Virus genome (UHGV): UHGV-0213395
Length of the DNA stretch: 43,313 bases
Reading direction: 5' to 3' (one strand)
Source: a virus
Part shown: piece after piece, positions 1-8,361 of the stretch
How the letters are laid out: each line of letters opens with the position of its first letter
Position numbering within the stretch: the stretch's first letter is position 1
Notes under the pieces: generated by a model
Database searches by the model: none
Seen by the model: the letters and a program-made list of their open reading frames with translations, nothing else
Told to the model about the DNA's origin: nothing
Translations under genes and position numbers: made by a program

Positions 1-6
1 ATAAGC

Positions 7-1137
7 ATGGCCCGGAAGAAAATAACCGACGAACAGTTACAGGAAGAATTGAACGCCGGTATGAAGAATATCGACATCGCCCGTAAATACGGCATCTCAG
101 ACCGAGTTATTCGTATCCGTAAAGCGAAGCTGGCTAAGAAAGGTGTAGGCCACGGGCGCGACGTCAGCCACCTTGTGCCAGATGGCTACAAGATTAAAGG
201 GACGTCGTCTCTGGTAGACGAGTTCGGCAATACTAAGTTGCAATGGGTTAAGACAGACACCGACGCTGAACGTCAGGTCGAGTTGATGAAAGCCGTGATT
301 GAAGGCATGAAGTCAGAGATTACGCCAGTTGCGCCGGCTAAAGCGACTCGAGCCAAACGCGACGACAAGCTACTCAATCTTTACACGGTATCTGATTTCC
401 ATCTCGGTATGCTTGCCTGGGCCGACGAGAGCGGCGACGACTGGGATATAAAGATTGCGGAAGACCTGTTCTCTCGTTGGTTCGACGCGGCGTTTCAGAA
501 AGCACCGGATGCAGGAACAGGAGTTATTAACCTGCTGGGTGATTTCGCGCACTTCGATAGTCTGGATGCCGTTACACCTGAGTCGCGTCACGTGTTGGAC
601 GCAGACACTCGCTACCAGAAACTCGTCCGCTACATGATTCGTATGGTACGCCGTGTTGTAGATATGGCACTGGTTAAACATAAAAATGTTCGCTTGCTTA
701 TCGTACAGGGGAACCATGACCCTGTAGGCTCTGTATGGCTGGCTGAAATGTTCACAGTTTTATATTCGAACGACAGCCGAGTGATTGTCGATACGTCGCC
801 GGATGTTTACAAGATGGTGCAACACGGAAAAACGACGTTGTTCTTTCACCACGGGCATAAGGCGCGATTCGATGCTATCGAACCGGTTATGATTGCCAAA
901 TTCCGCAAAGCGTTCGGTGAGAGTGTCTATAGCTACGCCCACGTAGGCCACCTGCACCACCAGAAGATTGTAGAAAGCCGTAACATGATTGTTGAGCAAC
1001 ACCGCACCTTAGCGGCTAAAGACGCCTATGCCTCCCGCGGCGGGTGGATGTCAGGCCGTAGTGCAAATGTAATTACTTATAGCGCCGAATATGGCGAGGT
1101 CGCACGTTTAACTATTTCACCGGAGATGCTGGGATGA
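7..1137 (+). CDS. HTH domain fused to calcineurin-like metallophosphoesterase (376 aa)
   Basis: ATG at 7 preceded by GAGGA at window end 43309-43313. N-terminal basic HTH-like segment (ARKYGISDRVIRIRKAKL); phosphoesterase motifs DFH, GDFAHFD, GNHD, HHGH, GHLHH. Antisense to flanking tail genes. Confidence 0.7.
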   Translation: MARKKITDEQLQEELNAGMKNIDIARKYGISDRVIRIRKAKLAKKGVGHGRDVSHLVPDGYKIKGTSSLVDEFGNTKLQWVKTDTDAERQVELMKAVIEGMKSEITPVAPAKATRAKRDDKLLNLYTVSDFHLGMLAWADESGDDWDIKIAEDLFSRWFDAAFQKAPDAGTGVINLLGDFAHFDSLDAVTPESRHVLDADTRYQKLVRYMIRMVRRVVDMALVKHKNVRLLIVQGNHDPVGSVWLAEMFTVLYSNDSRVIVDTSPDVYKMVQHGKTTLFFHHGHKARFDAIEPVMIAKFRKAFGESVYSYAHVGHLHHQKIVESRNMIVEQHRTLAAKDAYASRGGWMSGRSANVITYSAEYGEVARLTISPEMLG

Positions 1138-1364
1138 CTTCAAAATACAACCGAACAATGACAAACACTCACGGCAGCACTATGACCGTAGACGTTTACG
1201 ATGTTCTCCGTGCCTTCGACATCCGTGACCCCGCACTACAGCACGCATTGAAGAAGTTATTGTGCATGGGTCTTCGCGGGCATAAGGACACCGGAACCGA
1301 CTTAGCAGAAGCAATTGAAAGTCTGGAGAAGTTACGGGAGTATCGAAGTAATATTGATGAGTGA
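1134..1364 (+). CDS. hypothetical protein (76 aa), coupled to upstream phosphoesterase gene
   Basis: ATGA start/stop overlap with preceding ORF; followed by terminator hairpin at 1369-1388. Confidence 0.55.
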   Translation: MTSKYNRTMTNTHGSTMTVDVYDVLRAFDIRDPALQHALKKLLCMGLRGHKDTGTDLAEAIESLEKLREYRSNIDE

Positions 1365-1368
1365 GAAA

Positions 1369-1388
1369 AAGGCCCCGAAAGGGGCCTT
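1369..1388. terminator. bidirectional rho-independent terminator (AAGGCCCC-GAAA-GGGGCCTT)
   Basis: Perfect 8-bp GC-rich stem between convergent genes; A-run upstream gives a U-run on the minus strand, AGTTTTA downstream on plus. Confidence 0.7.
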
Positions 1389-1392
1389 AGTT

Positions 1393-2565
1393 TTATGCGT
1401 AGGTGATACGTTGAATTACGATAGACGACTGGTACTGATTGCCGGTAGCCTGGCCTTCAATGGACTGAGTGATTGACTCAGGCCCACCAATCTCAGGTGT
1501 AACCGCCGTAAGCTCTGCACGTTTCAAACTGAAAGACATAGCCCCGTTTACCCCTGCCAGAATAGAGTTAATCTCTACCTGCTGCTCGTTGATAAACTTC
1601 TGAATCATCGCCATGTCGTACAGCTTGCCAGAGATAGAGAATGTGTTAGCTGCGCGTCCACGTTCGACGAACGCCACGCTACTGTTACCGAGTTCGAACT
1701 GCGCGGAAGCTCCGTTGTCGTTGGTGATGGTGAGAGTATCGCAACGCAACGGCGTGGAGCCATCGAACACCGACACATCTACCGACGAGAACGGCTCATC
1801 GGTGAACGTAACCTGAGAGAAATCAGAGCCAGACGGCGGCGCGGTAAGAATCTCCTGACTCAGGCCGATGAACGGGAAGCTGCCGGTGACCATGGCGTTA
1901 ACCGCCTGCTCTACGGTAAAGCCAGAGATTTCCACACCTTTGGTCAGCATGTACGCGTACGGGTTACCACACTGGCCCTTGAACCACGTCAGGATGGAGA
2001 ACGTCTTACACGCGTTACCGGTTTCCAGCTTGTCGCCAGTTTTTGCGTCAGTGGTTACTGTCTCTGCTGTCAGCGTGTGCTGAATACCTGCGCCCGTAAC
2101 TACCAGAGCGGAAACCGCGGTCACGATAAACGGTTTTGCGTTGTCGCCGGTTAAGCCGGTGAACGCAATAAGGTCGCCAACTTCTACACCGTCAGTAATG
2201 AAGCTACCGGCAGCGCGGGTGAATGTTTTACCTGCTGGGGCGACCGTAATTTTGGCGCCAGTAATCTCTACCCCAGCTTGCCACGTAGAAGTCATCGCTC
2301 CCGCAAGGAAATCATCCTGGCTACGAGAGCTAAGTTCGATGGCATACTCCCCGCTAACCTGCTTGTTACCGGTTCGGATGGATGTAGTTTCACGGCTGCC
2401 GTCCAGTTCGTTGGAAGTCAGTGCATCGCGGGTTACAGCGGGAACGCCGCCCGTGTTACGCAACGGCGACCATACCGGGTTAGTCGGTGTTACGCCAGGG
2501 GTAGTTTCCACCACATAGAATTGCGCGGTATTCGCGCCCTTAAAAGGAGTTGTAGCCATATTCAC
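1393..2565 (-). CDS. major tail (tube) protein candidate (390 aa)
   Basis: Last large gene of the head-neck series, in the position of the tube protein ahead of chaperone and tape measure genes; Thr/Gly/Val-rich. Positional call. Confidence 0.5.
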   Translation of the reverse strand: MNMATTPFKGANTAQFYVVETTPGVTPTNPVWSPLRNTGGVPAVTRDALTSNELDGSRETTSIRTGNKQVSGEYAIELSSRSQDDFLAGAMTSTWQAGVEITGAKITVAPAGKTFTRAAGSFITDGVEVGDLIAFTGLTGDNAKPFIVTAVSALVVTGAGIQHTLTAETVTTDAKTGDKLETGNACKTFSILTWFKGQCGNPYAYMLTKGVEISGFTVEQAVNAMVTGSFPFIGLSQEILTAPPSGSDFSQVTFTDEPFSSVDVSVFDGSTPLRCDTLTITNDNGASAQFELGNSSVAFVERGRAANTFSISGKLYDMAMIQKFINEQQVEINSILAGVNGAMSFSLKRAELTAVTPEIGGPESITQSIEGQATGNQYQSSIVIQRITYA

Positions 2566-2975
2566 AGCCTCTTGGTGAATGCAATAAAGTTAATTGACAA
2601 TGGTCGTTTGGCCCATCCGTTTTCTACAATCAGCGGCCCCAGGCTAACCGATTGAACCTCGGCGCAGATGTCGTTACGCGAAAATGACTTACCTGCTTTA
2701 AACGCCGTGTTAAGTAAGTCTGCCATTTTATTGATTGGCGCGCTACCTTTCACCGATGCGTAGTTAATGTCTACCTGATAAATACCAGAGCGTTGCTCAG
2801 TGAAGAACAAATCCGCCTGCTCGGTATCTGCCAGTAGCATGTAACTCGCCAGATACGGCGTATCGGTTGACGTCGGCGCGTCGATGTTTTCAAGCGCAAC
2901 CTTGATGCCGTTGGCGGTTCCGAAGGCTACCAGCGGAACATCGAACGCTTTTGTTAAGTCCTCAAAGTAGCCCAT
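2562..2975 (-). CDS. tail terminator / tail completion protein candidate (137 aa)
   Basis: Position immediately upstream of major tail gene; 4-nt overlap with neighbours. Positional call. Confidence 0.45.
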   Translation of the reverse strand: MGYFEDLTKAFDVPLVAFGTANGIKVALENIDAPTSTDTPYLASYMLLADTEQADLFFTEQRSGIYQVDINYASVKGSAPINKMADLLNTAFKAGKSFSRNDICAEVQSVSLGPLIVENGWAKRPLSINFIAFTKRL

Positions 2976-3475
2976 TATTTATACTTCCTCGCTTCTTCTT
3001 CGAGCAGTTTATTGAATCGCTGAACGTTAACCCGGACAACACCTTGCGGAGCCTGAAGGGAATATCCGTCTGTGGTTGTTCTGCTGGGCGCTTTCGGCCT
3101 CAATGGGCCAACAAATTTAGAGCCTAAGTTAGAAGGACGCTTAGGGCCATGGAAGCCGGTAGCGTAACCCCCGAACTCTATAACTTCCGCATACGGCAGA
3201 TTATTTGTCAGGGTGAACTCGCTCCAGTCGGGTAAACCAGACACGGTAGAAACCATGGCACTTATTGCGTTCGCCCCGCTAGGGTCAGTACCGCGGCTTG
3301 TACCGGAAGCGGGGGTACTGCCAGAGGCCATCCAGTTCATTCGGAACCGGCCTGTATCTACCGGACTCGCCTTTATAATAGCGGAAAACAGCTTGATAGA
3401 CACCTGACGCATCACCTTCTCAGGGTTCTTCTTCGCCTTTTCCACGAACTTAGAGACATCAAGCGCGAAACTCAT
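2975..3475 (-). CDS. HK97 gp10-like tail component (166 aa)
   Basis: Contains DTGRFR...LPYAEVIEFG resembling the HK97 gp10 family signature; coupled to neighbours. Confidence 0.5.
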   Translation of the reverse strand: MSFALDVSKFVEKAKKNPEKVMRQVSIKLFSAIIKASPVDTGRFRMNWMASGSTPASGTSRGTDPSGANAISAMVSTVSGLPDWSEFTLTNNLPYAEVIEFGGYATGFHGPKRPSNLGSKFVGPLRPKAPSRTTTDGYSLQAPQGVVRVNVQRFNKLLEEEARKYK

Positions 3476-3831
3476 TTTCTCACCTGAATAAAATATGCCA
3501 CGACATCATCGTTAACCATCTTCTTCTCAATGGCTACGACCGACCATTGCTCGCCGCCGAATTGTACCTTGTCTTCCATCTTCGGAACGACACTACAATC
3601 CGCTTTAACAATCATGTCGCCAGCCTGAATCGTCGTACCGTTTACCAGCCCAGCGTTTACCGGAACCGGAACGGCCTTCAACGGCAGCGCTTCATCCGCA
3701 GACCAGACGTATTCACCGAGAACTTCATCCCACACTTTCGAGCCAGCGCGAACCAGAGCTACCGTGCTACCGAATTTGGTTAGCAGGCGTGTACCCACGC
3801 CCTGCATACGTTTGCTGAAAGCGGTGCTCAT
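3472..3831 (-). CDS. head-tail joining (head closure) protein candidate (119 aa)
   Basis: Start moved to in-frame ATG at 3831 with GGGGAG SD; the track start at 3918 lies in an AT-rich insert. Positional call. Confidence 0.45.
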   Translation of the reverse strand: MSTAFSKRMQGVGTRLLTKFGSTVALVRAGSKVWDEVLGEYVWSADEALPLKAVPVPVNAGLVNGTTIQAGDMIVKADCSVVPKMEDKVQFGGEQWSVVAIEKKMVNDDVVAYFIQVRK

Positions 3832-3959
3832 GTTGACTCCCCGCAAACCGCTAAAAATATAATTAGAGCTGTTGTTGATACCAGCGCAAACACTGATACC
3901 AAAAATTCGTACTTCCACAAAAAATCAGAGTTAATCCACATATTAATTATTTTACGCAT
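3828..3959 (-). CDS. small single-pass membrane peptide (43 aa), AT-rich moron-like gene
   Basis: MRKIINMWINSDFLWKYEFLVSVFALVSTTALIIFLAVCGEST; TAATG overlap with upstream gene and ATGA overlap with downstream gene; markedly AT-rich compared with flanks. Confidence 0.4.
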   Translation of the reverse strand: MRKIINMWINSDFLWKYEFLVSVFALVSTTALIIFLAVCGEST

Positions 3960-4573
3960 TACGCAGCCTCCAGTCTCGAAATAACCAGTAGCGCAGATGG
4001 TGCTGTGCCCCATGCAGTTACCGTAGCCGCTTGCGGGTATACGCCGCCGAAGTTACTCCCGGCGCTATCCCGCATAATCTGAACGGCAAACGTCTGGCCT
4101 GCGGTCGGGTTAATAACGACGCGGGATTCAATCGGGATTGTTACATCGGCGCTTACCAGTTTCGTGGCAGCTGGTGAGCCGTATTGAGCTCCGTTAAGAA
4201 GAATGCGCGATAACAGGATGGACGTGCCGCTGGCCCCTGTGCGCCCCGCCTGTAACTTGATGCGAACGGCGTAGTTACCCGCGGTGTTGAATGTAACCAG
4301 CCACGCAGCATTAATCATTACCGGGTCAGATGCACTACCCTGAGCAGAGCCGAACGATACCTGCAACGCCGTATCTACTGCGGTAGGCGCTTGCGCTACT
4401 GTCGACGCAGCGCGGAGAACTTCAACCTCTTTAACACCCGGAGTGGCGTAAATAGGTGAGTCAGCCATCTGGGTTAATACCCCGCGCAACTTCGCAGGCG
4501 TAATAAGTCCGGTCGTGTTGTCCGGTAGCTCGGAACCGATTAGCGTGAATATCTCTGATTTAGTCTTCGCCAT
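3959..4573 (-). CDS. structural protein of unknown role (204 aa)
   Basis: Intact ORF within the neck gene series, tightly packed with neighbours. Confidence 0.55.
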   Translation of the reverse strand: MAKTKSEIFTLIGSELPDNTTGLITPAKLRGVLTQMADSPIYATPGVKEVEVLRAASTVAQAPTAVDTALQVSFGSAQGSASDPVMINAAWLVTFNTAGNYAVRIKLQAGRTGASGTSILLSRILLNGAQYGSPAATKLVSADVTIPIESRVVINPTAGQTFAVQIMRDSAGSNFGGVYPQAATVTAWGTAPSALLVISRLEAA

Positions 4574-4575
4574 TT

Positions 4576-5088
4576 TTAACCCCGGTACACGTTAAACGAG
4601 AAACCATTGTTAAGACCGCCACACAATAACGGGCGTAAAGCGTCGTCAGCAGCGGTAATCGCGGTCGTAGCGCCACTGTTGCCATTGTTGAAGTAGGTCA
4701 CTGTTACCGCACCCTCGACACGCTCAGTCTGCACGGCGCGACCGTCTGAGTTAGCCCGGACTTCGGTGCCCTCGCCATATGTAGCGGCAGCGATTACCTG
4801 CGCAAGAATAACCTGTTTCGGGATTACATTGTTCGCGACAGGGAACCCGTTTAACGTAACGCCGGTGCGGGGGTATGCAAGAGACTGTTCGGCGGATACT
4901 CGACGACCGCACATCTGCGGTTCTGCAAGCCCTACATAAGTAGCACCGTTGCGTAAGGCCACCTCTGCTGCGGTATCGTCTTCCGGCAGCTCAAGGCCAT
5001 AATTAGCCGCTAACGCGCGGGCGTCAGCCAGACTAATGTAACTGTCGGCATTTGGGACGATCACCCCAGTTTCCACGATTAGCGGCAT
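4576..5088 (-). CDS. head-tail connector (gp6-like adaptor) candidate (170 aa)
   Basis: Position after capsid/decoration genes; N-terminal SYISLADARALAANYG resembles adaptor proteins. Weak call. Confidence 0.45.
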   Translation of the reverse strand: MPLIVETGVIVPNADSYISLADARALAANYGLELPEDDTAAEVALRNGATYVGLAEPQMCGRRVSAEQSLAYPRTGVTLNGFPVANNVIPKQVILAQVIAAATYGEGTEVRANSDGRAVQTERVEGAVTVTYFNNGNSGATTAITAADDALRPLLCGGLNNGFSFNVYRG

Positions 5089-5091
5089 AAA

Positions 5092-5271
5092 TTATTCCTC
5101 TGACTTACGGCGACGACGCTTAGTACCAACGCCGTTGTTGTGCGCTTCTTCATTGTCTGGTTGGGTTGCAACCAGTTCATCCGCTTCTACCACACCGCGA
5201 ACAGGCATCACCTGTCCGTCAACGATATCAACGTGGGTATACTTTTCGCGGATTACATAATTATCTGCCAT
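5092..5271 (-). CDS. small protein with basic C-terminal tail (59 aa)
   Basis: ATG at 5271 with AAGGAAAGG SD; ends ...GTKRRRRKSEE; below the 60-aa ORF-track threshold. Confidence 0.35.
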   Translation of the reverse strand: MADNYVIREKYTHVDIVDGQVMPVRGVVEADELVATQPDNEEAHNNGVGTKRRRRKSEE

Positions 5272-5307
5272 GACCTTTCCTTATTACGGCCCCGAAGGGC
5301 CGTTGTA

Positions 5308-5658
5308 TTAAGACACAGTTGCTACGGTGCTGCTGGAGATAATATTACCATACACATCGTGAACAACCACTTTATACGTGCCTGAATCTGCGGTAGTAGT
5401 GGACGCCTTCGCATAGGTAGCTGCGGTGGCTCCGTCGATGGCGTTGTTATCTTTGTACCACTGGTAGGAATACGGCTCCAGACCGCCAGTTACCACTACG
5501 GCAAGAGTCATAGTCCGCCCCACCGTAACTGCGGTGGTAGCCGCAAGCGCGGAAGAAAAAGACGCTGGCGAGATATTCGCCATATCGATTTCAACCTGAC
5601 CATCGGCAGGAGAATCATCAGAAACACCGGTAATACGACGTTTGATTACATCAACCAT
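5308..5658 (-). CDS. Ig-like domain protein (head decoration candidate, 116 aa)
   Basis: PYSYQWYKDNNAIDG...GTYKVVVHDVYG matches an Ig-like fold signature; lies just downstream of the capsid gene. Confidence 0.55.
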   Translation of the reverse strand: MVDVIKRRITGVSDDSPADGQVEIDMANISPASFSSALAATTAVTVGRTMTLAVVVTGGLEPYSYQWYKDNNAIDGATAATYAKASTTTADSGTYKVVVHDVYGNIISSSTVATVS

Positions 5659-5670
5659 TTTTAAGCTCCT

Positions 5671-5970
5671 TTAGCTTACGGTTCCTGCGTTTTTAAGCGC
5701 AGTCAACAGATTTGCTACGGTAGTGCGCAGCGCGGTAACATCGGTTCGGAGTTTGTTGTACTCCGCTACAAGGGCGTCGAACTCTTCCTTAGTCGGTGCC
5801 TCGGCGGACTGCGCTCCTTCACCAGCGGTAACCGCCGCAGGTGCGGCTACAGTAGCTGACTTTTTAACCCCACCAACTACGCTGGTAGTAGCAGGCGTGA
5901 CTGGGATATCAAAGTCGCCGAAATCGACATTCTGAAGGCTGCGCGGCAAGCCTTTTCCGGTCTTGACCAT
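5671..5970 (-). CDS. hypothetical head-associated protein (99 aa)
   Basis: AAGAGG SD before ATG at 5970; Ala-rich with C-terminal coiled-coil-like segment; directly after capsid terminator. Confidence 0.55.
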   Translation of the reverse strand: MVKTGKGLPRSLQNVDFGDFDIPVTPATTSVVGGVKKSATVAAPAAVTAGEGAQSAEAPTKEEFDALVAEYNKLRTDVTALRTTVANLLTALKNAGTVS

Positions 5971-5993
5971 AATTTACCTCTTAGTAAATGAAA

Positions 5994-6013
5994 AGAGGGA
6001 CCGAAGTCCCTCT
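5994..6013 (-). terminator. terminator/attenuator hairpin directly after major capsid gene
   Basis: AGAGGGAC-CGAA-GTCCCTCT stem followed on the minus strand by TTTCATTT. Confidence 0.55.
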
Positions 6014-6029
6014 CGATTATAGCTTAACC

Positions 6030-7079
6030 TTAAGCACCGACACCAGTTACCAGGAAGGCAATCGGTACGTGCTTGCGGTCAACCACACGGTTCCAGTTGG
6101 AGGCGTTCGCCAGGTCCTGCCAGGAAGCAGAACGTGCGACAGTCTTGGTGCCGTTACCGGTGATTACTGCGCTGGTGAAGCTGTAACCAAACGGATGTAG
6201 CAACCAGGTCTTACGGGTCCACAGGGTTTCAACGCCGCCGCCGTTGCCGCGGGACGCTTCGCGCTCGTATTCCAGCGGGTTGGACGGAGAACCTTCACCG
6301 TAACCGATAGCGCCGTTGCCGAAGATGATGGAGATGAACTTACGGGTCTGGCCAGTGCCGACTACGGTCATGCTGTCGTCAACAATCACGCGGTAGCCCT
6401 GGTAGGTGGCGAACATGGTGTTGTTGTCCGCGTCACGGATGAAGTCGATAAGCTGCTGCTTACGTGCCTGCGCATAAACGAAGCTATGCATCGCGATAGC
6501 CCCCAGCACTTCACCGCCGTTGCCCATCAGAGCATCGCCCATAGTCTGGGTAGCGTCGATGAACGCGCCCGCATCGAAGCCCAGAGTAGCAGACACGTCG
6601 ATAACCATGTCGTTCTGCTTGTGGTAAGCATCGGTAGCAGCTACGTTGTCGTTGTACAGACCGAGCGCGGTAGCAATCAGACGGCGTTGTGCCTGGCGCT
6701 GCCAGAAGTTATCCAGACGGGACGCTACGGATTGCAGCGGGTTCTGGCTGGTCAGTTCGACAGTCAAATCCGCCTGACCGAAACCTTCGTTCAGGTATGC
6801 AACGCGGGCCATCATCTCACCGGTCTGCACGTTACGCGGGGTGGCGATGTCCTGGTATACATCGTTCGAGTAGTTAGGCTCGATAGAGGTATCAATCGCT
6901 TTCCAGAACGGAATATTAGCGACGTTGGACGGGCCGCGGGCAATCTCGGCAGCGTACGGGGTCGGGGTCAGAATACCAGACTGGAAGAACGCGGTTTTTT
7001 CTACCGGGTCCTCGGTCATATAAGACGCCAGGACCGGGATGTTGCCAGTTACGATATCGCCGATAGTGGTAATTGCCAT
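6030..7079 (-). CDS. major capsid protein (349 aa)
   Basis: Follows scaffold gene by 2 nt; size and position typical of HK97-fold capsid; followed by a terminator-like hairpin. Confidence 0.65.
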   Translation of the reverse strand: MAITTIGDIVTGNIPVLASYMTEDPVEKTAFFQSGILTPTPYAAEIARGPSNVANIPFWKAIDTSIEPNYSNDVYQDIATPRNVQTGEMMARVAYLNEGFGQADLTVELTSQNPLQSVASRLDNFWQRQAQRRLIATALGLYNDNVAATDAYHKQNDMVIDVSATLGFDAGAFIDATQTMGDALMGNGGEVLGAIAMHSFVYAQARKQQLIDFIRDADNNTMFATYQGYRVIVDDSMTVVGTGQTRKFISIIFGNGAIGYGEGSPSNPLEYEREASRGNGGGVETLWTRKTWLLHPFGYSFTSAVITGNGTKTVARSASWQDLANASNWNRVVDRKHVPIAFLVTGVGA

Positions 7080-7081
7080 TA

Positions 7082-7783
7082 TTATTTCCTCAGGGCTTTA
7101 AGTTGCCGTTCAAATTCGGCAGGGTTCGATTTATACAGGGCTAAACGCTCTGCTTCACTCATGTCTTTAAACGCTGGTGCGGCCCCGCCGCCTTTGCTAC
7201 CGGAAGCCCCGCCGCCGGAAGCTGCATTTGCTTTGATCAAATGCGAAAACGCCTTGTGTTCGCGCAGGTATTTGCGGAACTGTTCCGGGTCAGTCGTGAT
7301 TACGTTACCGTCTGCACCAACAAACTTAGTAACCACATCATCGCCTTCGAACTCAGTCTTAACGAACGGCGCAAGAATGTCCACTGCTTCTGGGGTAATA
7401 AAGTCACCCGCGAAAGAGCCTAGCACCGCTTTACGTTCGCTGCCGAGGATACGCTCTGCCATTCTGGAGATGCGACCGTCTTTCTCGGCTAACACCGGGT
7501 CATACTGGCTACGAATCGTCTTTTCGAACTCATCCATCTTACCAGCGGCTTTTAACGCCTCCTGGTGCGCGCGCTGCCGTTCTTCTTCGGCCTCTTTTGC
7601 TTTGCGAGCGGCTTCTTTCTTCTCCGCCAACAATGCTTCCTGATTAGCCTTAAGCCCGGCAACTTCTTTCTCAATCAGCGCCTGAACTTCTTCAGCGGTG
7701 AACATTTTCGGCGCGTCACCGCCACCAGCTTTATCTTCTGCTCCAGCTTCTTCCTGGAACGGATAACGTAAAAAACGATTCAT
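7082..7783 (-). CDS. scaffolding protein (233 aa)
   Basis: Start moved to ATG at 7783 (AGGGGA SD). Ala/Glu/Lys-rich predicted helical protein immediately upstream of capsid gene. Confidence 0.55.
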   Translation of the reverse strand: MNRFLRYPFQEEAGAEDKAGGGDAPKMFTAEEVQALIEKEVAGLKANQEALLAEKKEAARKAKEAEEERQRAHQEALKAAGKMDEFEKTIRSQYDPVLAEKDGRISRMAERILGSERKAVLGSFAGDFITPEAVDILAPFVKTEFEGDDVVTKFVGADGNVITTDPEQFRKYLREHKAFSHLIKANAASGGGASGSKGGGAAPAFKDMSEAERLALYKSNPAEFERQLKALRK

Positions 7784-7865
7784 AGTCAGTATGTCCCCTG
7801 GACGTTGGAATCCGGGCCACCCGGATTTACATGTCAAGAATAAATTATTCCAACATGCAAGGCAA

Positions 7866-8129
7866 CTATTCCAGAATATTCCTCACGTAATCCTGCAACA
7901 TGAACACTTTCAGTCTCAGTTGCCGTACGCATTCAGCATTCTGAACGTCGACGGCCAAATCCTCATCAGCGTCGCTACTTGGCTGCGCCAGTTTGCACGG
8001 CGGCTGCATCATCGTCGTATCCGGGGATGGAATTGGCGTTGGCGACGGCGCGGGACTTGAGCTGCACGCGCTCAGGGTCAAAAGTGCACACGCTGCGACC
8101 AGGCGTTTTAATGTACTTAACGACTTCAC
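7866..8129 (-). CDS. o-spanin (Rz1-like outer-membrane lipoprotein, 87 aa)
   Basis: Signal peptide with lipobox LSAC, Pro-rich mature region; starts inside the i-spanin gene in another frame. Confidence 0.55.
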   Translation of the reverse strand: MKSLSTLKRLVAACALLTLSACSSSPAPSPTPIPSPDTTMMQPPCKLAQPSSDADEDLAVDVQNAECVRQLRLKVFMLQDYVRNILE

Positions 8130-8361
8130 GGGTAATCACCTCTGATTTCGTCTTGCCTTCGTTGTCAGCGGCGGCGGCCTTCGATTCATCCTGCTGCTGC
8201 CGTTGTGTTTTCTTCGCTAACTCAGCCTGTGCTTTCTGCTGTTGCTGCGAAACGAGATTAGCCCGGCCTTCGTTCCATCCGCTGCGATACTGGTAGATGC
8301 CGTGTGCGTAAACCAGGATGATGAAACATGCTCCTGCTACGACAGTTGCTTTAAGATTCAT
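7975..8361 (-). CDS. i-spanin (Rz-like, 128 aa)
   Basis: N-terminal transmembrane segment then charged coiled-coil region; overlapped arrangement with o-spanin ORF. Confidence 0.6.
   Translation of the reverse strand: MNLKATVVAGACFIILVYAHGIYQYRSGWNEGRANLVSQQQQKAQAELAKKTQRQQQDESKAAAADNEGKTKSEVITREVVKYIKTPGRSVCTFDPERVQLKSRAVANANSIPGYDDDAAAVQTGAAK

Noticed and set aside
5140-5385. 81-aa plus-strand ORF between head genes
   Set aside because: Antisense to a better-supported minus-strand small ORF and Ig-like gene; no SD; implausible hydrophobic/His-rich composition.
6486-7643. 385-aa plus-strand ORF antisense to the capsid and scaffold genes
   Set aside because: Ser/Arg/Ala-rich low-complexity translation with no SD or start context; typical antisense shadow of GC-rich, codon-biased genes.
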